DNA of 64,000 bases from Rhina ancylostomus (GCA_030265395.1 JARFYF010000118.1:17837070-17901069); one strand, 5' to 3'; positions 37,008 to 51,074 are shown, numbered from the stretch's first letter. Notes: generated from the letters alone by a model not told the origin. Numbers and translations: made by a program.

Positions 37008-38183
37008 GTTTATGGAGGGTCATGTACTCCAGAGTTAAAATTATTTGATTCTTGGGTATTTTACTTTCAAGATCAGTTATAGTGTACTGTTCTGTATAAT
37101 CACCAATCTCTCATGTCATTGGAAGTCATATCTATCACCAGTGAAACCATTAAAGAGTAAGATTAATTTAAGATAAACAAGCTTTTTTCTTGTTCACTAA
37201 AGTTGAATTAAAATGAGAAGGTTGCAGCTTGCTTTTTGGAAACTTTTGTGTTTTGAAATTGTCCTCAACTATTCTGATGATAGTTGTGGTAGTAGAGTTT
37301 GCGTTGGTGATTATGTCCATGGGCTTCCGAGGAAGAAAGAAAATTGCAGCCACAGAAAATTTTCTGGTACAAGTGAATACATCTTAATCTGCTCTATTTT
37401 AAAGACTACGTGTTAACATTTTCCCTATCATCTGCTAATTCCTTCCCTCATCATCCTTGTCTGCAAAACTTGAGCAACTTGCTCAAATATTATTTTGTGG
37501 ACACCAATTGTCCTTTGATCCAAAGGTGGGTGGAATGGACAGTTTCTCATACATGAGCATGGTGAATGTTAACTGGCTGTTTGACTGCAGATAGCTGACT
37601 ACTAAACTGTTCCCATTGATACCCATCGTTCACACATGCAGATGGTCTTGGGTATTCTGGCCAGCTGTTTATCTCTCTGAGACACGGAGATCAGTTATAA
37701 AATCCTGTCACCCTTAGCTCAGGTAAGAAAGCTGAGCACAACCTCGGAATCATATTTCGGATCTTCGTAATATGAGAGGTTTGTTGGGTACTTATTTCTA
37801 TATCTGAGTCTTGAGGAACTAAGTATGTTTTATAACTCTACAGTCATGCGGTTGAACTTGATGGATTTTCTTCCCGACATCCCATACAGTTGAGGTAAAG
37901 GACAATTTGTCCAGATTTGTATAAAAACAGTCAACTCTCATTGTTAAATGTGACCTTCTCAGTAAGGTCTTACGTTAACATGTTCCTCCTGCCAAGGAGT
38001 CTACAATTTTAACTAAGAGGCCTGTATATAAGAATCTCTTTCACTTTTGCCTAACCCATTTTTATTGGAATTTATTCTGAAGAGGATGTTTGTTGGCAAA
38101 ACTTGTTCAGACATAAGACTAACTGTTGGCTACCTGGCCAGTTATTCTTAGATTATAACTTGTGTTTTTAATGTACATTACAG

Positions 38184-38286
38184 GTATATTCGGTCAGAGC
38201 GGTCAGTAATTTTAATAAACTTCTGCCTGTCAATCATTTCATCAAATGCGCTCATCCTGATAGGACAAACTCAGACAAGAAATAAA
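38184..38286 (+). CDS. ADGRB1: ADGRB1 coding exon: ICL1-TM2 ([35 protein letters not shown])
   Basis: Acceptor attacag|G, donor AATAAA|gtaagt; 103 bp, phase 2 to 0; peptide matches BAI1 as I recall it. Confidence 0.97.
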
Positions 38287-38454
38287 GTAAGTGATGTATT
38301 TTTAATAGAAAACCACATGTCTATGTTGATAAGAGAAGATTTTAGATGTTTAACCATATAACTTATGCCCTGCTATTTTCAAATATTCAAGATAAAATGA
38401 AGAGTTAAGTAAGAGAAATCTGGACAGATAGTTGTGATTTGTTAATATTTGAAG

Positions 38455-38815
38455 GTGTCAGCCTTAGCTTGGGAGATTATGGGTTCAACTCCTCTTCAGA
38501 AATTTATGGACAATGCAATCCTGCACTCTTGGATATGTTGTCTTTCTAATGAGATGTTAGACTGAGAACCTGCTTCTTGGATGAATGTAAGAGATTCAGT
38601 GAAGAAGAGCAGAGAAATCTCCCTGAGCCTCCCGACAAATATCTCTCAGATGGCATCAAAAAGGGATGGTTTCTTCAATTATTTACTTTAATGTAAATTG
38701 GCCACTGCATTTCTCTAAATTGCAGCATTGTGCTTAAAAGAATGAATTGATCGTGAAGAACCTTGGGACAATTCTAAAGTCATGAAAGACACTATGCAAA
38801 TGCAACTTGCTCCTT
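38455..38815 (+). mobile_element. Deu-domain SINE
   Basis: gggttcaa..gatgttagactgagaacc..gaagaagagcagagaaatctccc..aaattggccactgcatttc..tgaaagacactatgcaaatgcaa. Confidence 0.75.
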
Positions 38816-41359
38816 CAATTTCCTCAAAGGGAAACTTGCTTTTACAGAGTTTTTAAAAAAGGGCTCCAAAGGATCTTCAAGCACTTCATTTATGCTGAAC
38901 TCCTTTTGAAGTAGTCCATGAACTGTTCTTTATGATGGCACATAGGGAACACAATTTGCACATCACTAAATTTCATGGGAGCTAGCAGATAAATTTATCA
39001 CTTATCACATAATAGTTATGTTTTCTGTAGGAGGAAGGCCAATTTCATCGCATTCTCTCTGATGGCATCAACAGCATTTGAGTCTTCTAGACAATCTTGG
39101 TTTCTGCTCCGTCACAGACATTCCCTCTGTTGTCCCCATGACCACCCATTCTATACAACTTAAGACATGACTGTTTTCTCACTTTTCATGAAAGGATCAT
39201 CAATCTGAAATGTTAACTCTTGTTTCCCTCTGCGTATATGCTGCCTGACTCCTGACTTGCTTCAGCATTTTGTGTTTTCAATGCAATTCAGTCTTTTACT
39301 TCTGCCTTATCCAGCAGTATCTAACTTCATGACTTTTCAGAGCACAGTGCATTTGACAATAATAGCAGACCTTCAGACTAGCTCTGGGGCATTGGTTTTG
39401 TTTACGTGCTCCATTTCTGGTCCACCCTTCTTACACTGTAAGGAGCTGATCTGGGCATCCTTGATTTTCTTTGTTGTTTAAGTTAAACCTGATCCATCAA
39501 AAGTGTATCATTCTATAGTGTGAAAATTCGCCATTAGCCAGATGCTGAGAAGGTTCATTTATAATTTTGGGGAGACAAGTTTAGCATTAGAAGCACATGA
39601 TTTCTCCCAAAAAAGATAAAGTAAAGATCAAAAATCAAACAAATGAAACCCAAGAATAAAGAACGTTTTCTGTTTTTACTTCAGCTTGTCAATATTTGCT
39701 GAATTTATTTCTACCTACTATTGTGTAATAAGAGAATAAGTTAAAAAGTTTTATGTTGTAGAGACTAGATACACTGAATAAAGAAATGAGACACATNNNN
39801 NNNNNNNNNNNNNNNNNNNNNNNNNNNNNNNNNNNNNNNNNNNNNNNNNNNNNNNNNNNNNNNNNNNNNNNNNNNNNNNNNNNNNNNNNNNNNNNNNNNN
39901 NNNNNNNNNNNNNNNNNNNNNNNNNNNNNNNNNNNNNAAATTCTCTGGTCATTACAGTGGAGAGAAACGACAAATATCTCTAAATTTACTGTTTGTATTT
40001 TTAGCAACGCAAACTGTAAAAATGTTACAAATTATTTTTAATAGTGCTTGAATATTTCTGAATGTCAGAAATATTTAGTTTTGACAGCTGACTGGGCATT
40101 ATTCTGCATCTATTTCAGTTGATTTTGGACAGGGCTTATTCTACAAATACCTCACTACCCCCCACCCCACCCCACCCCACCCCCACCTCCATCATCCCAT
40201 AACAGTGCTCAAGACTTTTTTGTACTGCTGATTCCCAAAAAAAAGGAGCCAGGCAGGGTAAATCTGATCTATTTTGTTAGGTGAGTAGTAAGTACAGGCA
40301 GTGAGCTGCTGGATTGCAAATACTGGATCAATGTTAATCAAATCCAGCATTGTAAAAAGTAAAATACTGATGTTATTGAAAGTCAGAACTAAAAGTAGAA
40401 AATTCTGGGAATATTCAGCAGGTCCAGAACATCTGTGGAAAAATAAAATTAATGAATCAAGTTGATGACCTCTCAGAACACTTGCAGTGTGCAAATGAAT
40501 TTCCAGGCCTGGGAAATGTAATTTGGAGTGAAAGAATTGGGCTTTGATTGCCCAAACTAACATCTTTGGAGCTCATTTTGTTATCTGATTTGCCTAGAAA
40601 TCTATCCCAGGCCAGTAGCATTACATGTNNNNNNNNNNNNNNNNNNNNNNNNNNNNNNNNNNNNNNNNNNNNNNNNNNNNNNNNNNNNNNNNNNNNNNNN
40701 NNNNNNNNNNNNNNNNNNNNNNNNNNNNTACATGTGGCAATCATTGAGCCAACATATTGTACTCTGCCCATGAAATTATGAATTTTGGAAGGATAGTACG
40801 ATCCAGTGATAGTGTACTTACTGCTACTGACCAGGGAAGTGTGTTAAAATTAAAGTTGCCTACAACACTTAGAGCCCCAGTCATACTTGGATCAGCTCAC
40901 CCATGCGCAGCACAATACATGTGTGATTTGTTGTTCAGACATATCTATAAATGGAGTGATTCTGTACTCCCAATGTCAGGCTTGGAATCTTATCTTCATC
41001 TGCTTCCATGAGTGAAGGATTCCATCCATCCACACAACAGCATTAACTTGTTTATTCTTAGACATATTAACTGATCTCTCAGCAGAGTGCCTTCAAAAAC
41101 ACTGTTTCTGTAGCTCCCTGCTACTTGTTAACTGATGTTGTTCCTGAGCATTGCAATCTCAGATGCTGCCTTTCAAATTTGTTCGCTTTTCTCCACTCTG
41201 AAAGTTGCCAGAGATGCTGAGGGTCATCCATTGCTCCATCCAATTGGCCATTCCACATACATAAGGATGGCAAAAGTTAGCACATTGATCGGCTGTTAAA
41301 GTCAATAGCCAACTTGGAATCTATCTTTGAAATTGTGCTTTTCTGTAGAGGCCCTGTGA

Positions 41360-41810
41360 TTTGAAAAGAGAAAGAATTTCCAATTAAGGCATCTTTCACA
41401 ATATTGCAATGTTCAAACTGCTTTAAGGCCATGTTGGAAATACATTTTGAAATCATGTAACTGTTGTCATGTAGGGAAACAGTGTGCCAACACTGAGCAT
41501 TGCAACTTCTCCAAAAATCAACAAGAACAACTAAATTGTTTAGTTGTTTGAATGGTTGCTCTTGCCCCAAACACTGGGAGAACTTGACAGTTCCTCTTTG
41601 AACATGCATTGGGATCTTTATTCTCAGTGAGAGGGTAGGCACTAGTTCATTTCAGAGTCTCATTGTAAAGGCGGCATCTTCAACAGTGCAGTACTTCCAG
41701 GGTTACACTGAAGTATCAGCCATAATTATGTGCTTCATGACTTTGAAGCACAAACTTTTTGACTTTGAGCACAATCTGATTCAAACGGTTTTCGTGAACC
41801 AAGATGGACA
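41360..41810 (-). mobile_element. Deu-domain SINE
   Basis: ttttgaa..gtaactgttgtcatgtagggaaac..acactgggagaact..gcattgggatcttta..ggcatcttcaacagtgcagtact. Confidence 0.75.
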
Positions 41811-44800
41811 CCTGCAAATATAACCAATTAATGTCAGATAAGGATGTAAATTGTATCCAATCCATCTGGGCTGCATAGCTGAGAATACTCTAAAGGGCAC
41901 ATCTATCTGCTGTGCTATTGTGGAGAAATTTTTAAACCTAAAATTTCAGCAGCAATATGGGGACGTGTTACGACATTACTGCAAACATTGCCAGTTTGGT
42001 GTTGATGGTTAAATATGGCCACGAATTTCCAAAGTTTTGGAAGATAAAATTGATTGTACCTATGTGCTAACACGACCACAATACTTGAGACATCTGTCAG
42101 ATAAGGGAAGTAAGCACATTATATGCACTTCACATGGACAGAAAAGCTTATATTTCTCAAAAGAGATCATTCAAAGAAGTCAGTATTACAATTTTTTGAG
42201 ATTTTAGATGCAATTCTAAGGCTGGAAATGCAGTGGGGGAAAAGTCAAGGTATATTCAACGTATATTTCGTATCATATAATTTTAAAATTCCTGAATCCT
42301 CTCTCTGCTTCTCCCTAATTTTGCCAGTTTCCAATGCTTATTGAAATGAATAGCTCATGGTCTACCAAATCCACCTCGAGGTGGCTGTATTTACTGAATG
42401 AATCACCTAACTTGGCTGTGCTTCAAAGCCAACTGGCCAATTTTGTCTGTGAATCAGAAGGCCTCAGTCAAGCATTATATTGCCAATTTATTAATGTGCT
42501 TGCCAGGATTCAACAATGTAAACACTTTTACTAAGTTCTAACATTTATTTCTAATTTAATGTGGGTAACATTCCTGCTAACAAATGAACCTCTGATTTAA
42601 AGCAGTAATAAGTGCAGTAGGATTCTGCAAGTCACTTTTGTATCTCACTTCCTCCATTCACTTCCTTCCTCCTACCCCATAAATTGTTTGACTTCCATGT
42701 TTTATGTCAGTATTTACATTATTTTCCTGACATTTAGTTCTATTTCCTACAGAAAGGATTTCTTTTAAACAAAATGATTAAGAGTCTTTAAACAAATCTA
42801 GATGAAAGATGAAGCACATGCTGATTTTCTTTTCTCTCTCTCAAAGACAGTAAGCAATTTGTTAGTCTGCCTCAGTAACCAGTAACCAATAACCATCTCA
42901 CCTATTGTGTTCAATTGCTTTTTGTATTGGGAGATCACCAGGGATTAACTGCAACAGACTTTCCTGTTTGATTATCAAGAGTGAGAAATGGACAGCCAGT
43001 CATGTTCAGCAAAGATCATGAATGTTTGTCAGACTTTAAACAAAAAGACATTGATAAGGGTTTAAATTAGAATACCTGTAGATTGTTTGTCAAATGAACA
43101 ATATTTACTTTCTCAATCTTTTAGCTCACCTTCAAGAAGATGGAGGAAATACATTTAGGAGAGAGAGATTATCCAATTTAATCACAAAGAAATATTGTCC
43201 TTAAATCTTAACATTATACTAATGCATCATTTGATATTAGGAATTTATCAGGTAACCGTAAATGTGGCATGCACAGATCACTTGTGGGACTGACACACTC
43301 CCTTATATGTGAGAAAGTATCTGAAATAGCAATTTACCACACTTTTGGTCAAAATGACATGCATTCATGGGCCTGTGCAGCACTGGTTGGCAGGTAGTAC
43401 TTGACTGCAACTTGTGGGAAAAAGGAAGTCCCTTCTCATCCCGGTAACTTAATGAAAACTGACAAGGTGTGAAATTTCCCTGTCCTCCACAGGAGTCTTG
43501 CGGTGCTCCGTTGTTTCCCTGTGATAAAAGGCTGATTGTTGTGGTCACATTTTTAAAGTGCTTCACAGGCTGGATTATTTAAAATAGATTAATTTGTGCT
43601 GAACTAAATTTAATTATTTTCAGAAAAAAATCAGAACTTATCATAAAAGTCAAAATGGGAGTGTTTCAATTTTTTTAATTTGCATGAATCATTTATAGTC
43701 AAGGATATTTTGGATCGCACACCCAAAATGACTGCACTGAAACTCCAGTGAACTAATTTACACTTTAGCATTCAAACTCTTCAGATGAATAATTTCTGAC
43801 TGTTTCTGGACTTCGATAGCTGCTTCCATTTTCAGTACCCTCAGACTCAGCACCTGCTAACAGCAGAGATTGCTGTGCACAGTGTTTCATTGAAAAGAAT
43901 TCTTATATCGCACAGCTGCAAAATGACATTGACCTGAATGCATATAGTCCTTGTGCATTGGCAAATTTGACACTTTCACTCTTCATTTAAACCACTATTT
44001 CACTGCATTAGTTGATGTGCTGACAAACAGTGTGACTTAGGCTCTTGTCAGGACACCAGAGTCTCTGCAGAGCTGTGCAGGGCTCCATCAGTATCTCATG
44101 TCAGTTGATTGATTGTTATGAAGTGTTGAAAGCTAATGTCAATTTAAAATGAGAAAGTTCAAATTGGACCACTGGCAAAATAATACTTCCTTCAAAATAC
44201 TTATGGTTCAATTTTCAGGGGTTTGAAGGTAACGAGGTTTCAGAATATCTCTGCGAGTGATTTTATACTAGTTCTTGGCATATTATTGATGCATGCCAAA
44301 ATGAAAATTGCCCATAGTACCTTGGTGGTAATTGCATATCAGTCATGATTTCTGTGCCTCAGGAGAATTCATGGCAATTTTGCAATGCTGGACGTGTACC
44401 TTGGGATTTTATGGGAAATAAGCAGTGCCTAGGTAGTGTATTAGAACTCACCAAAGAACAGTGTACTTAAAATTAGGCTGAAGTTGGAACTGTGGATTGA
44501 AAATGATCTTGTATGAGGGTTGTGGCAGAAATTGCACTCTGGGATATCTATCTTTCCAGAACATTCTAGCAGGAACCAAGAAAGATCAGATCCTGCTGAA
44601 TGCTGGACTAGAACAGGGATTGCACAATGACACCTGTGCTGGGAAGATGTCAACTAATCTTTCTGCAAGGAGTCATGAGTATTCACATGGCCAAGAGCAG
44701 ACCTTTCTGTGTGGGATTTTCTACAGGCAATACACAATAACAACGTATCTGAATCCAGGGCTTAATGGGAGTTTAATAGCTGGTAATTTTTTTCCCCAAA

Positions 44801-44873
44801 TGGATTTCAGTGGAGTTTGAAACTGGGATATATGATTTTTATTAAGGACTGAATAATGCATTGACAATCTTGC

Positions 44874-45047
44874 ACAAAAACAGAAATGCTTGGAAATATT
44901 CAGCAGATCAGTATCTCTGGGAAGTGAAACAGAGTTAACGTTTCAGGTCGATGACCTTTCATCAGAACAAATGAAATGTTAACTGTTTCTTTCTCTACAG
45001 ATGGTGCCTGAAGTACTGACTATTTCCAGCATCTTCTGTTTTGATGT
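44874..45047. mobile_element. Penelope-derived foldback element carrying a hammerhead-like motif
   Basis: Arms aaaacagaaatgcttggaaatattcagcag..gaaacagagttaacgtttca and tgaaatgttaactgtttc..tgactatttccagcatcttctgtttt are imperfect inverted repeats. Confidence 0.8.
44934..44968 (-). ncRNA. Minimal type-I hammerhead ribozyme-like motif
   Basis: Minus strand reads GUU-CUGAUGA-A-AGGUC-AUC-GACCU-GAAA-CG-UU-AAC: intact core boxes, perfect 5-bp stem II, GUU/AAC stem I, palindromic AACGUU in place of stem III. Confidence 0.55.
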
Positions 45048-45232
45048 TTCGGAAAGGCATGGTGATTAGTCCTCATCACTTCAATTTATCAAATATCCAG
45101 GAAGGTAGAAATTGCTCAGCTGATCAATTGACATCCGAAATGCAAAGCTGGGGTTGTTGTGATCGGAAGAATGATTTTTTTGATTTTTGTTAAGCAGTTT
45201 ACTAACTGCTGTTTCTTTGTTTTTCTTGACAG

Positions 45233-45383
45233 GTGATCTGTACCCTAGTGGCAGCATTTCTGCATTTCTTCTTCCTGTCATCATTCTGCTGGGTCCTGAC
45301 AGAGGCCTGGCAGTCATACATGGCTGTCACAGGAAGATTACGAAACCGAATCATTCGGAAGCGTTTTCTTTGTCTTGGATGGG
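45233..45383 (+). CDS. ADGRB1: ADGRB1 coding exon: TM3-ICL2 ([51 protein letters not shown])
   Basis: Branch-like actaac, tract tttctttgtttttcttgacag|GTG, donor TGGG|gttagt; 151 bp, phase 0 to 1; typical adhesion-GPCR TM3 ([20 protein letters not shown]). Confidence 0.97.
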
Positions 45384-47399
45384 GTTAGTTGTATATCTTT
45401 ACCTTGTATCTTACAGCTTTTGACCTCCATTACCATTTTACATAGTGGCCCTACCTCTTTCATTCTCCTGTGAGGCTGAAGCACCTTGAGAAGATTTGTT
45501 ACAGGGCAGTAAAGTCAATGTGCCCATGCTCACAGATTCTGTTTAATTCATCAGGAGCCTCTCACAGCCAGTATTACTTCCAAGAAAACTGTGAAAGTTG
45601 CCTTGAGTAATTTCAAAGTGATTTCAAAGAATTTTGGCATCACCCGGACATAGTCATTTGAATTATGGAAGTGTGTTTGTGTGAGCATGAAATTTTAGTT
45701 TTTCTGGCTGTGAGCACCTTTCAGATGTGGATAAGTTACGGTCTCAAGGATTATTTCGAGATAAATCTAGAAACAATGCACCTCAGAAGGTCATTTAACT
45801 CATTGATTCTTTACTAGCTTTCATTAAGGATGTTTCAGTTAGCCCCATTCTCCATATCTTACCCTGTATCACTGAATTTTTTTTTCAAGTCCTTTTCCCA
45901 CTCCTTTTTGAGAACCACGGTTAAATCTGGTCCATCATTCTTTTAATCAGTGTATTCAGTACACAACAAGGCTTCACCCCATGCTTCAGTTGGTTCTTCA
46001 AGATGCCAATGGGAACATATTTCTTTTATCTACACTTTTAATAATTTGAACACTTTTATCAAAGTTCCCCTCAACTTTTTCTGCTCTAAGAACATCCCCA
46101 GCTTCCTCAGTAAATATTTCACAAGATATATTGTCAGAATGAAAGTATCATTGTACACTGATTATCTACACTGAAGAGCATTAGTCAGGATGCTAATTCA
46201 TGCCTGTTGGTTTAAAACTGAGTGTTAAAGCAATTTTTTGATTTATGAATTTTTTTATTATCTGTAAATAGTACAGCCCATCCCTGGGTAATAAATGGGT
46301 TCTGTTTTTCTAAATATTCATAAGTCGATATTGTCCATAAATCAGAAAATACACAGCAATCACTTGNNNNNNNNNNNNNNNNNNNNNNNNNNNNNNNNNN
46401 NNNNNNNNNNNNNNNNNNNNNNNNNNNNNNNNNNNNNNNNNNNNNNNNNNNNNNNNNNNNNNNNNNNNNNNNNNNNNNNNNNNNNNNNNNNNNNNNNNNN
46501 NNNNNNNNNNNNNNNNNNNNNNNNNNNNNNNNNNNNNNNNNNNNNNNNNNNNNNNNNNNNNNNNNNNNNNNNNNNNNNNNNNNNNNNNNNNNNNNNNNNN
46601 NNNNNNNNNNNNNNNNNNNNNNNNNNNNNNNNNNNNNNNNNNNNNNNNNNNNNNNNNNNNNNNNNNNNNNNNNNNNNNNNNNNNNNNNNNNNNNNNNNNN
46701 NNNNNNNNNNNNNNNNNNNNNNNNNNNNNNNNNCATGTGGAAGCACACTATGCCCATGGACCGTCACTTGATTCCCACTGAGAAATGTTAGAGTTGAGAT
46801 GAAAGTTATGAAGTACAGTGCTCTATCCTTCCACCTGTGGGGCTGACCAGTGGAGCGGTCCTCAAGCTTTCAAGAAGATGGTCTTTCTGACAATTTTTAT
46901 TTTCATCATGGTTGGTTTCTGACTCATTTGAGGACTTGAAGCATTGAAAAGAGAGCATTAAAATATCCCGAGTTCAATTTCTGGAACTTCACAAAGAAAC
47001 AAATCTTAAATTAGGCACATGAGTATGCAGAAAATGGAGGGATGTGGACAATGTGCAGGCAGTGGGACCAGTTTAATTCGGCACTATTAGCTTAATTTGT
47101 TCAGCATATCATTGAAATCTGCAGGGCCTGTTCCTGTGCTGTACTATGTTCTGATATACATTGATTTCCTATTAATTCTGCGTCCATAATATCAGAATCT
47201 GTTCTTTAGACCATCCACCATTTTCTCTCGCCCATTTAGATTTAACTGGTTGAGTGGATAAAGAGGAAGAAGGTATTCCTTCACAGTTGGCCATCTGAAG
47301 GCTTGTAGAATATATTAATTACCCACAAGCCTTCACTGTATTAGTGAAACATCTCTGCTAATGAGGGTCTCCACTAATGCCCACTTGCTATTTATCCTT

Positions 47400-47860
47400 T
47401 CACAGATTTGTGCAGTTTATGCAAAACAAGAAAATCTGCACATGACAGGGTGAAGCAGCCTGCTTGTTCGGCACTCCATCCACTAGCTTAAGTGTCCATT
47501 CTGCTCGTTGACGGTATAACTTGGCAGTAATGCATCAGAAAGCAGGATGCAGTGTGGGACTCGCTATGCCTTTTCAGGTAGCATTTCCCAAACCTGCAAC
47601 CTCCATAGCTAGAAAGGATAAGTGTATAGCTACATCATCGTCTCTAAACAATAGTCTGTGAGACATGAAAAGGTACTTGAAGGTCATGGTATACCTATGT
47701 AAATAATTATTAGTTATTTCATCAAATTCATGGTATTCCCAAACTAACAGAATGTGGGAGCACCATCATGACATAGAGTGCAGTAGTTTAAGAAGAAAGG
47801 ATATCACCATCTTTGTTCCATTAAATGCTGACCTTATTCATCACATCCACATCCCAATTA
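47400..47860 (+). mobile_element. Old LINE 3' end
   Basis: gaagcagcctgcttg.tcggcact.catcca..cagcatttcccaaacctgcaacctc..ctaacagaatgtgggagcacc..agtagtttaagaag..tcaccatctt..taaatgctgacctt. Confidence 0.6.
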
Positions 47861-47861
47861 T

Positions 47862-48170
47862 AGATCATAGCACAATACAGCACAGGAACAGGCCCTTTGG
47901 CCCACAAAGTTGTGCTGAACTAATTAAGCTAATGACACCTAATCCCTTCTGCCTGCACGTGGCCCATATCCCTCCATTCTCCGCATATTCATGTGCCTAT
48001 CTAAAAGCCTATTAAAGGATTCTATTGTATCTGCCTCCACCATCACTCCTGGCAGCGCATTCCAGGCACCCACTGCTCTGTGTTTTAAAATAAAACCTGC
48101 CTTGCACACCTCCTTTAAACTTTCCCCCTCTCACCTTAAATTCATGCCCTCTATTTCAACCCTGGGAAAT
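47862..48170 (-). mobile_element. Young CR1-type LINE tail
   Basis: acagcacaggaacaggccctttggcccac...ctggcagcgcattccaggcacccactgctctgtgt. Confidence 0.85.
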
Positions 48171-49079
48171 TATGAATAAGCAAAAACTCACGTGAATAAC
48201 TTTTCCTGAGGTCCAAAGGCATTTTGAACTCTGTAACCCTGCCATTTGTCCCCACAGTAATGGCACAGATTTAGCACTCAAAATTGTTTTCATGCTGAGT
48301 GCAGCTTTCAGGGTCTGTTGGGATCTTGGGTATTTTTTTGCAATGTAACCTGCATTCTAAATATGGAACACAAGAAGTGTGTGTGTTCCTTGAGGGTGAA
48401 AAGCAAAGTGTATCTCTGCAGCAACACAGAGGCAGTAAAGAAGAAAGGACATTAAAAAATGGTTTTAATTTAGTAGTGCGCTGTATCGTGCTACACTTAC
48501 TATACAAGACGTTCAGTTTTGCTTCAGTTGTGGTGAGATATTGCTCATTATTGCACTGGTTTTTGAAAATGGGCAAAATACAATTTGTAAATGAGTAATG
48601 AAATTTGATAGATACGACTTTGTTTCATCACTGGCAATAAAAACAGATTTTTAGGTACCTAAAATGCATCATTAAATGATTTGCTGCTTTTTTACTCATA
48701 TTTTTCTGAAATTTTAATTTAATAAGTTCAATCAAAATGTGTGTCTATGTCTATTAACATTACACATAGGTAAGCATATAACTGAAACACTTCTTGTAAA
48801 TGTAGTTTGAAGGAAAATTATAAGTAATGTGAATTTTGCATCCTTTATTTTGAGAAAGGGCTCACTAATTAAAAGACAAACATATTTTTGCTATTATTAT
48901 AATACTTGGTCACTTGCTTTTTTTGTTTAGTTGGTGCAGGTCATGTGGTGCTGTCAAGTCTGTCATTGTTTTTGTCAGTGTTGCGCGCTGAAGGCACTGT
49001 TTGAGACAAGAATAACTAAATGATTGGCCTACCTATTTTGACCAGCAGAAATATTACATTTCATCCAGACTTTTATTAA

Positions 49080-49675
49080 CTAGAACATAGAACATCATTG
49101 CACAGTACAGGCCCTTTGGCCCACAATGTTGTGCCGACATCTTATCCTGTTCTAAACTCTATCTTCCTCCCACATAGCCCCCCATTTCTCTATCATTCAT
49201 GTGGCTATCTAAGAGTCTCTTAAATGTCCCGAATGTATCTGCCTCCAACACCTCTGCCAGCAGTGCGTTCCACGCACCCACCACCCTCTGAGTAAACAAA
49301 AAACTTACCCCTGATATCCCCCTTATATCCTCTTTCAATTACCTTAAACTTGTGTCCTCTCATGTTAGCCATTGTCGCCCTGGGGAAAAAGTCTCTGACT
49401 GTCCACTCGATCTATGCCTCTTAGCATGTTGTAGACCTCTATCAAGTCACCTCTCATCCTCCTTCTCTCCAAAGAGAAAAGCCCTAGCTCACTCAACCCA
49501 GACTCATAAGACGTACTCTCCAAACCAGGCAGCATCCTGGTAAATCTCCTCTGCACCCTCTCTAATGCTTCTACATCCTTCCTATGATATAACTGAACAC
49601 AATATTCCAAGTGTGGTCTAACCAGAGTTCTATAGAGCTGTAACATCACCTCACAGCTCTTGAACTCAATAGCTG
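49080..49675 (-). mobile_element. Young CR1-type LINE (RT C-terminus and tail)
   Basis: ORF 49365-49679(-) IEFKSCEVMLQLYRTLVRPHLEYCVQ..RKDVEALERVQRRFTRMLPGLE..LGLFSLERRRMRGDLIEVY. Confidence 0.95.
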
Positions 49676-49739
49676 ACACAAACCTGTGTTCATGGCTTCA
49701 GTATTATTAGTTTAACAATTTTTAATTCTCTAAGTCTCA

Positions 49740-50900
49740 CAAACATGAACATATGAATTTGGATGGGTTGGCCACTCGTCCCTTGAGCCTGTTTCACCAT
49801 TCAATAATATAAACCTGCTAACCTTTCACCCCCTTGTTCATCAGGAAACTATCTGCTTCTGCCGTTTTTTAAAAAAATTCAAAGATAATACTCCCACCAC
49901 CTTTTTTGGAAGAGAATTCCAAGGACTCATGTCTCTCCAAGAGGGAAAAGAAAATCACCAGACCCCTTTCTTAAATGAGCAACACTTATTTGCTCATTGT
50001 AGATTGTTCCATGAGGAAACATTTTCTTTACATCCACCTTGCCAATGTCCACAGGATCGTACATGTTTCAATGAAGTATGTCTCACTCTCTTAAACTCCA
50101 GCCGAGTGTTTCCAGTCATCCCATGTAAGACAACCAGCTCATTCCAGGTATCAGTCAAGTAAAGCTTTTCTCAGCTGCCTCCAATGTATTAACATCTTTC
50201 CCCTAAATAATGGGGCCAGTTCTGTACACATTACTCATGTCATGGTACCATCTCTATAGCTGAAGCATAACATGTCTACTTTTGAATTCAATCTTCCTTG
50301 CAATAAATAACCACATTCTGTTAGCTTTCCTCATTGCTTGCTTTACCTGCACGGTAGCCTACTGAGTATCGTGCAATTGGCCACCTAAATTCCTCTGCAG
50401 CAGAGCTTTTCAGCCTCTCACCAATTAAATAGTTAGCTTCTGTTTAACTTTTCCTGCCAAACCTTGCAGTTTCATGTTTTCCCATTTGTAAGATATTTGC
50501 AGAACTAGTTCTTTTTCTCACTTTCTAATTTTCTTAAGTCCTCTCAACAACTTAATTTTTTTAAATGTCGATATAAACTCTTTTTTATATTTCTAGTTAG
50601 CTTTGCTTTAATTTATCCTTCCTTATTAATCTTTTAGTCATTCTTTGTGCAATGATATGCTTTTTCTTTAAGTGTGAGCCAATTTTTTAATTCTTTTAGT
50701 GAACCACAGATGATCTGTCCTCCACTTGGAATTTTTTCTTTCTCATTGGAATATAGATAGTCTGTATATCCTGAATGATTCCCTTAAATATTTGTGTCTG
50801 CATCCTGATTGACTGGCTCCCTTAAGTGAATATGCCTTTTCACTTCAGGCAGCTCTGCTTTTATGCCTTCATAATTGCCCTCATTTAATTTTCTGTGTTC
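49740..50900 (-). mobile_element. Old CR1-type LINE fragments
   Basis: aacatatgaatt..ggccactcg.cccttgagcctgtt.caccattcaata..gaagagaattccaa..cattctgttagctttcct.attgcttgc. Confidence 0.7.
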
Positions 50901-51074
50901 TCGTTGTGGGCAGATTCATCTCTCCAGAAACATGCTTTATACCTATAAAACTGTAACCCAGCAGGGATCCAGTGAAGTGGGGAATATTAGTTGATCTGTC
51001 TCATGTTAGCTTATGTTTTCTTGGTGTGTGGGAGGCTATTTGACTCCTCAAGTCTCTGCCTTCTCTTCAAGCAT

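Noticed and set aside
45187-45423. ORF MLSSLLTAVSLFF... overlapping the TM3 exon
   Set aside because: Wrong frame; the real exon 45233-45383 reads [14 protein letters not shown] in another frame. The same applies to ORF 53511-53720.
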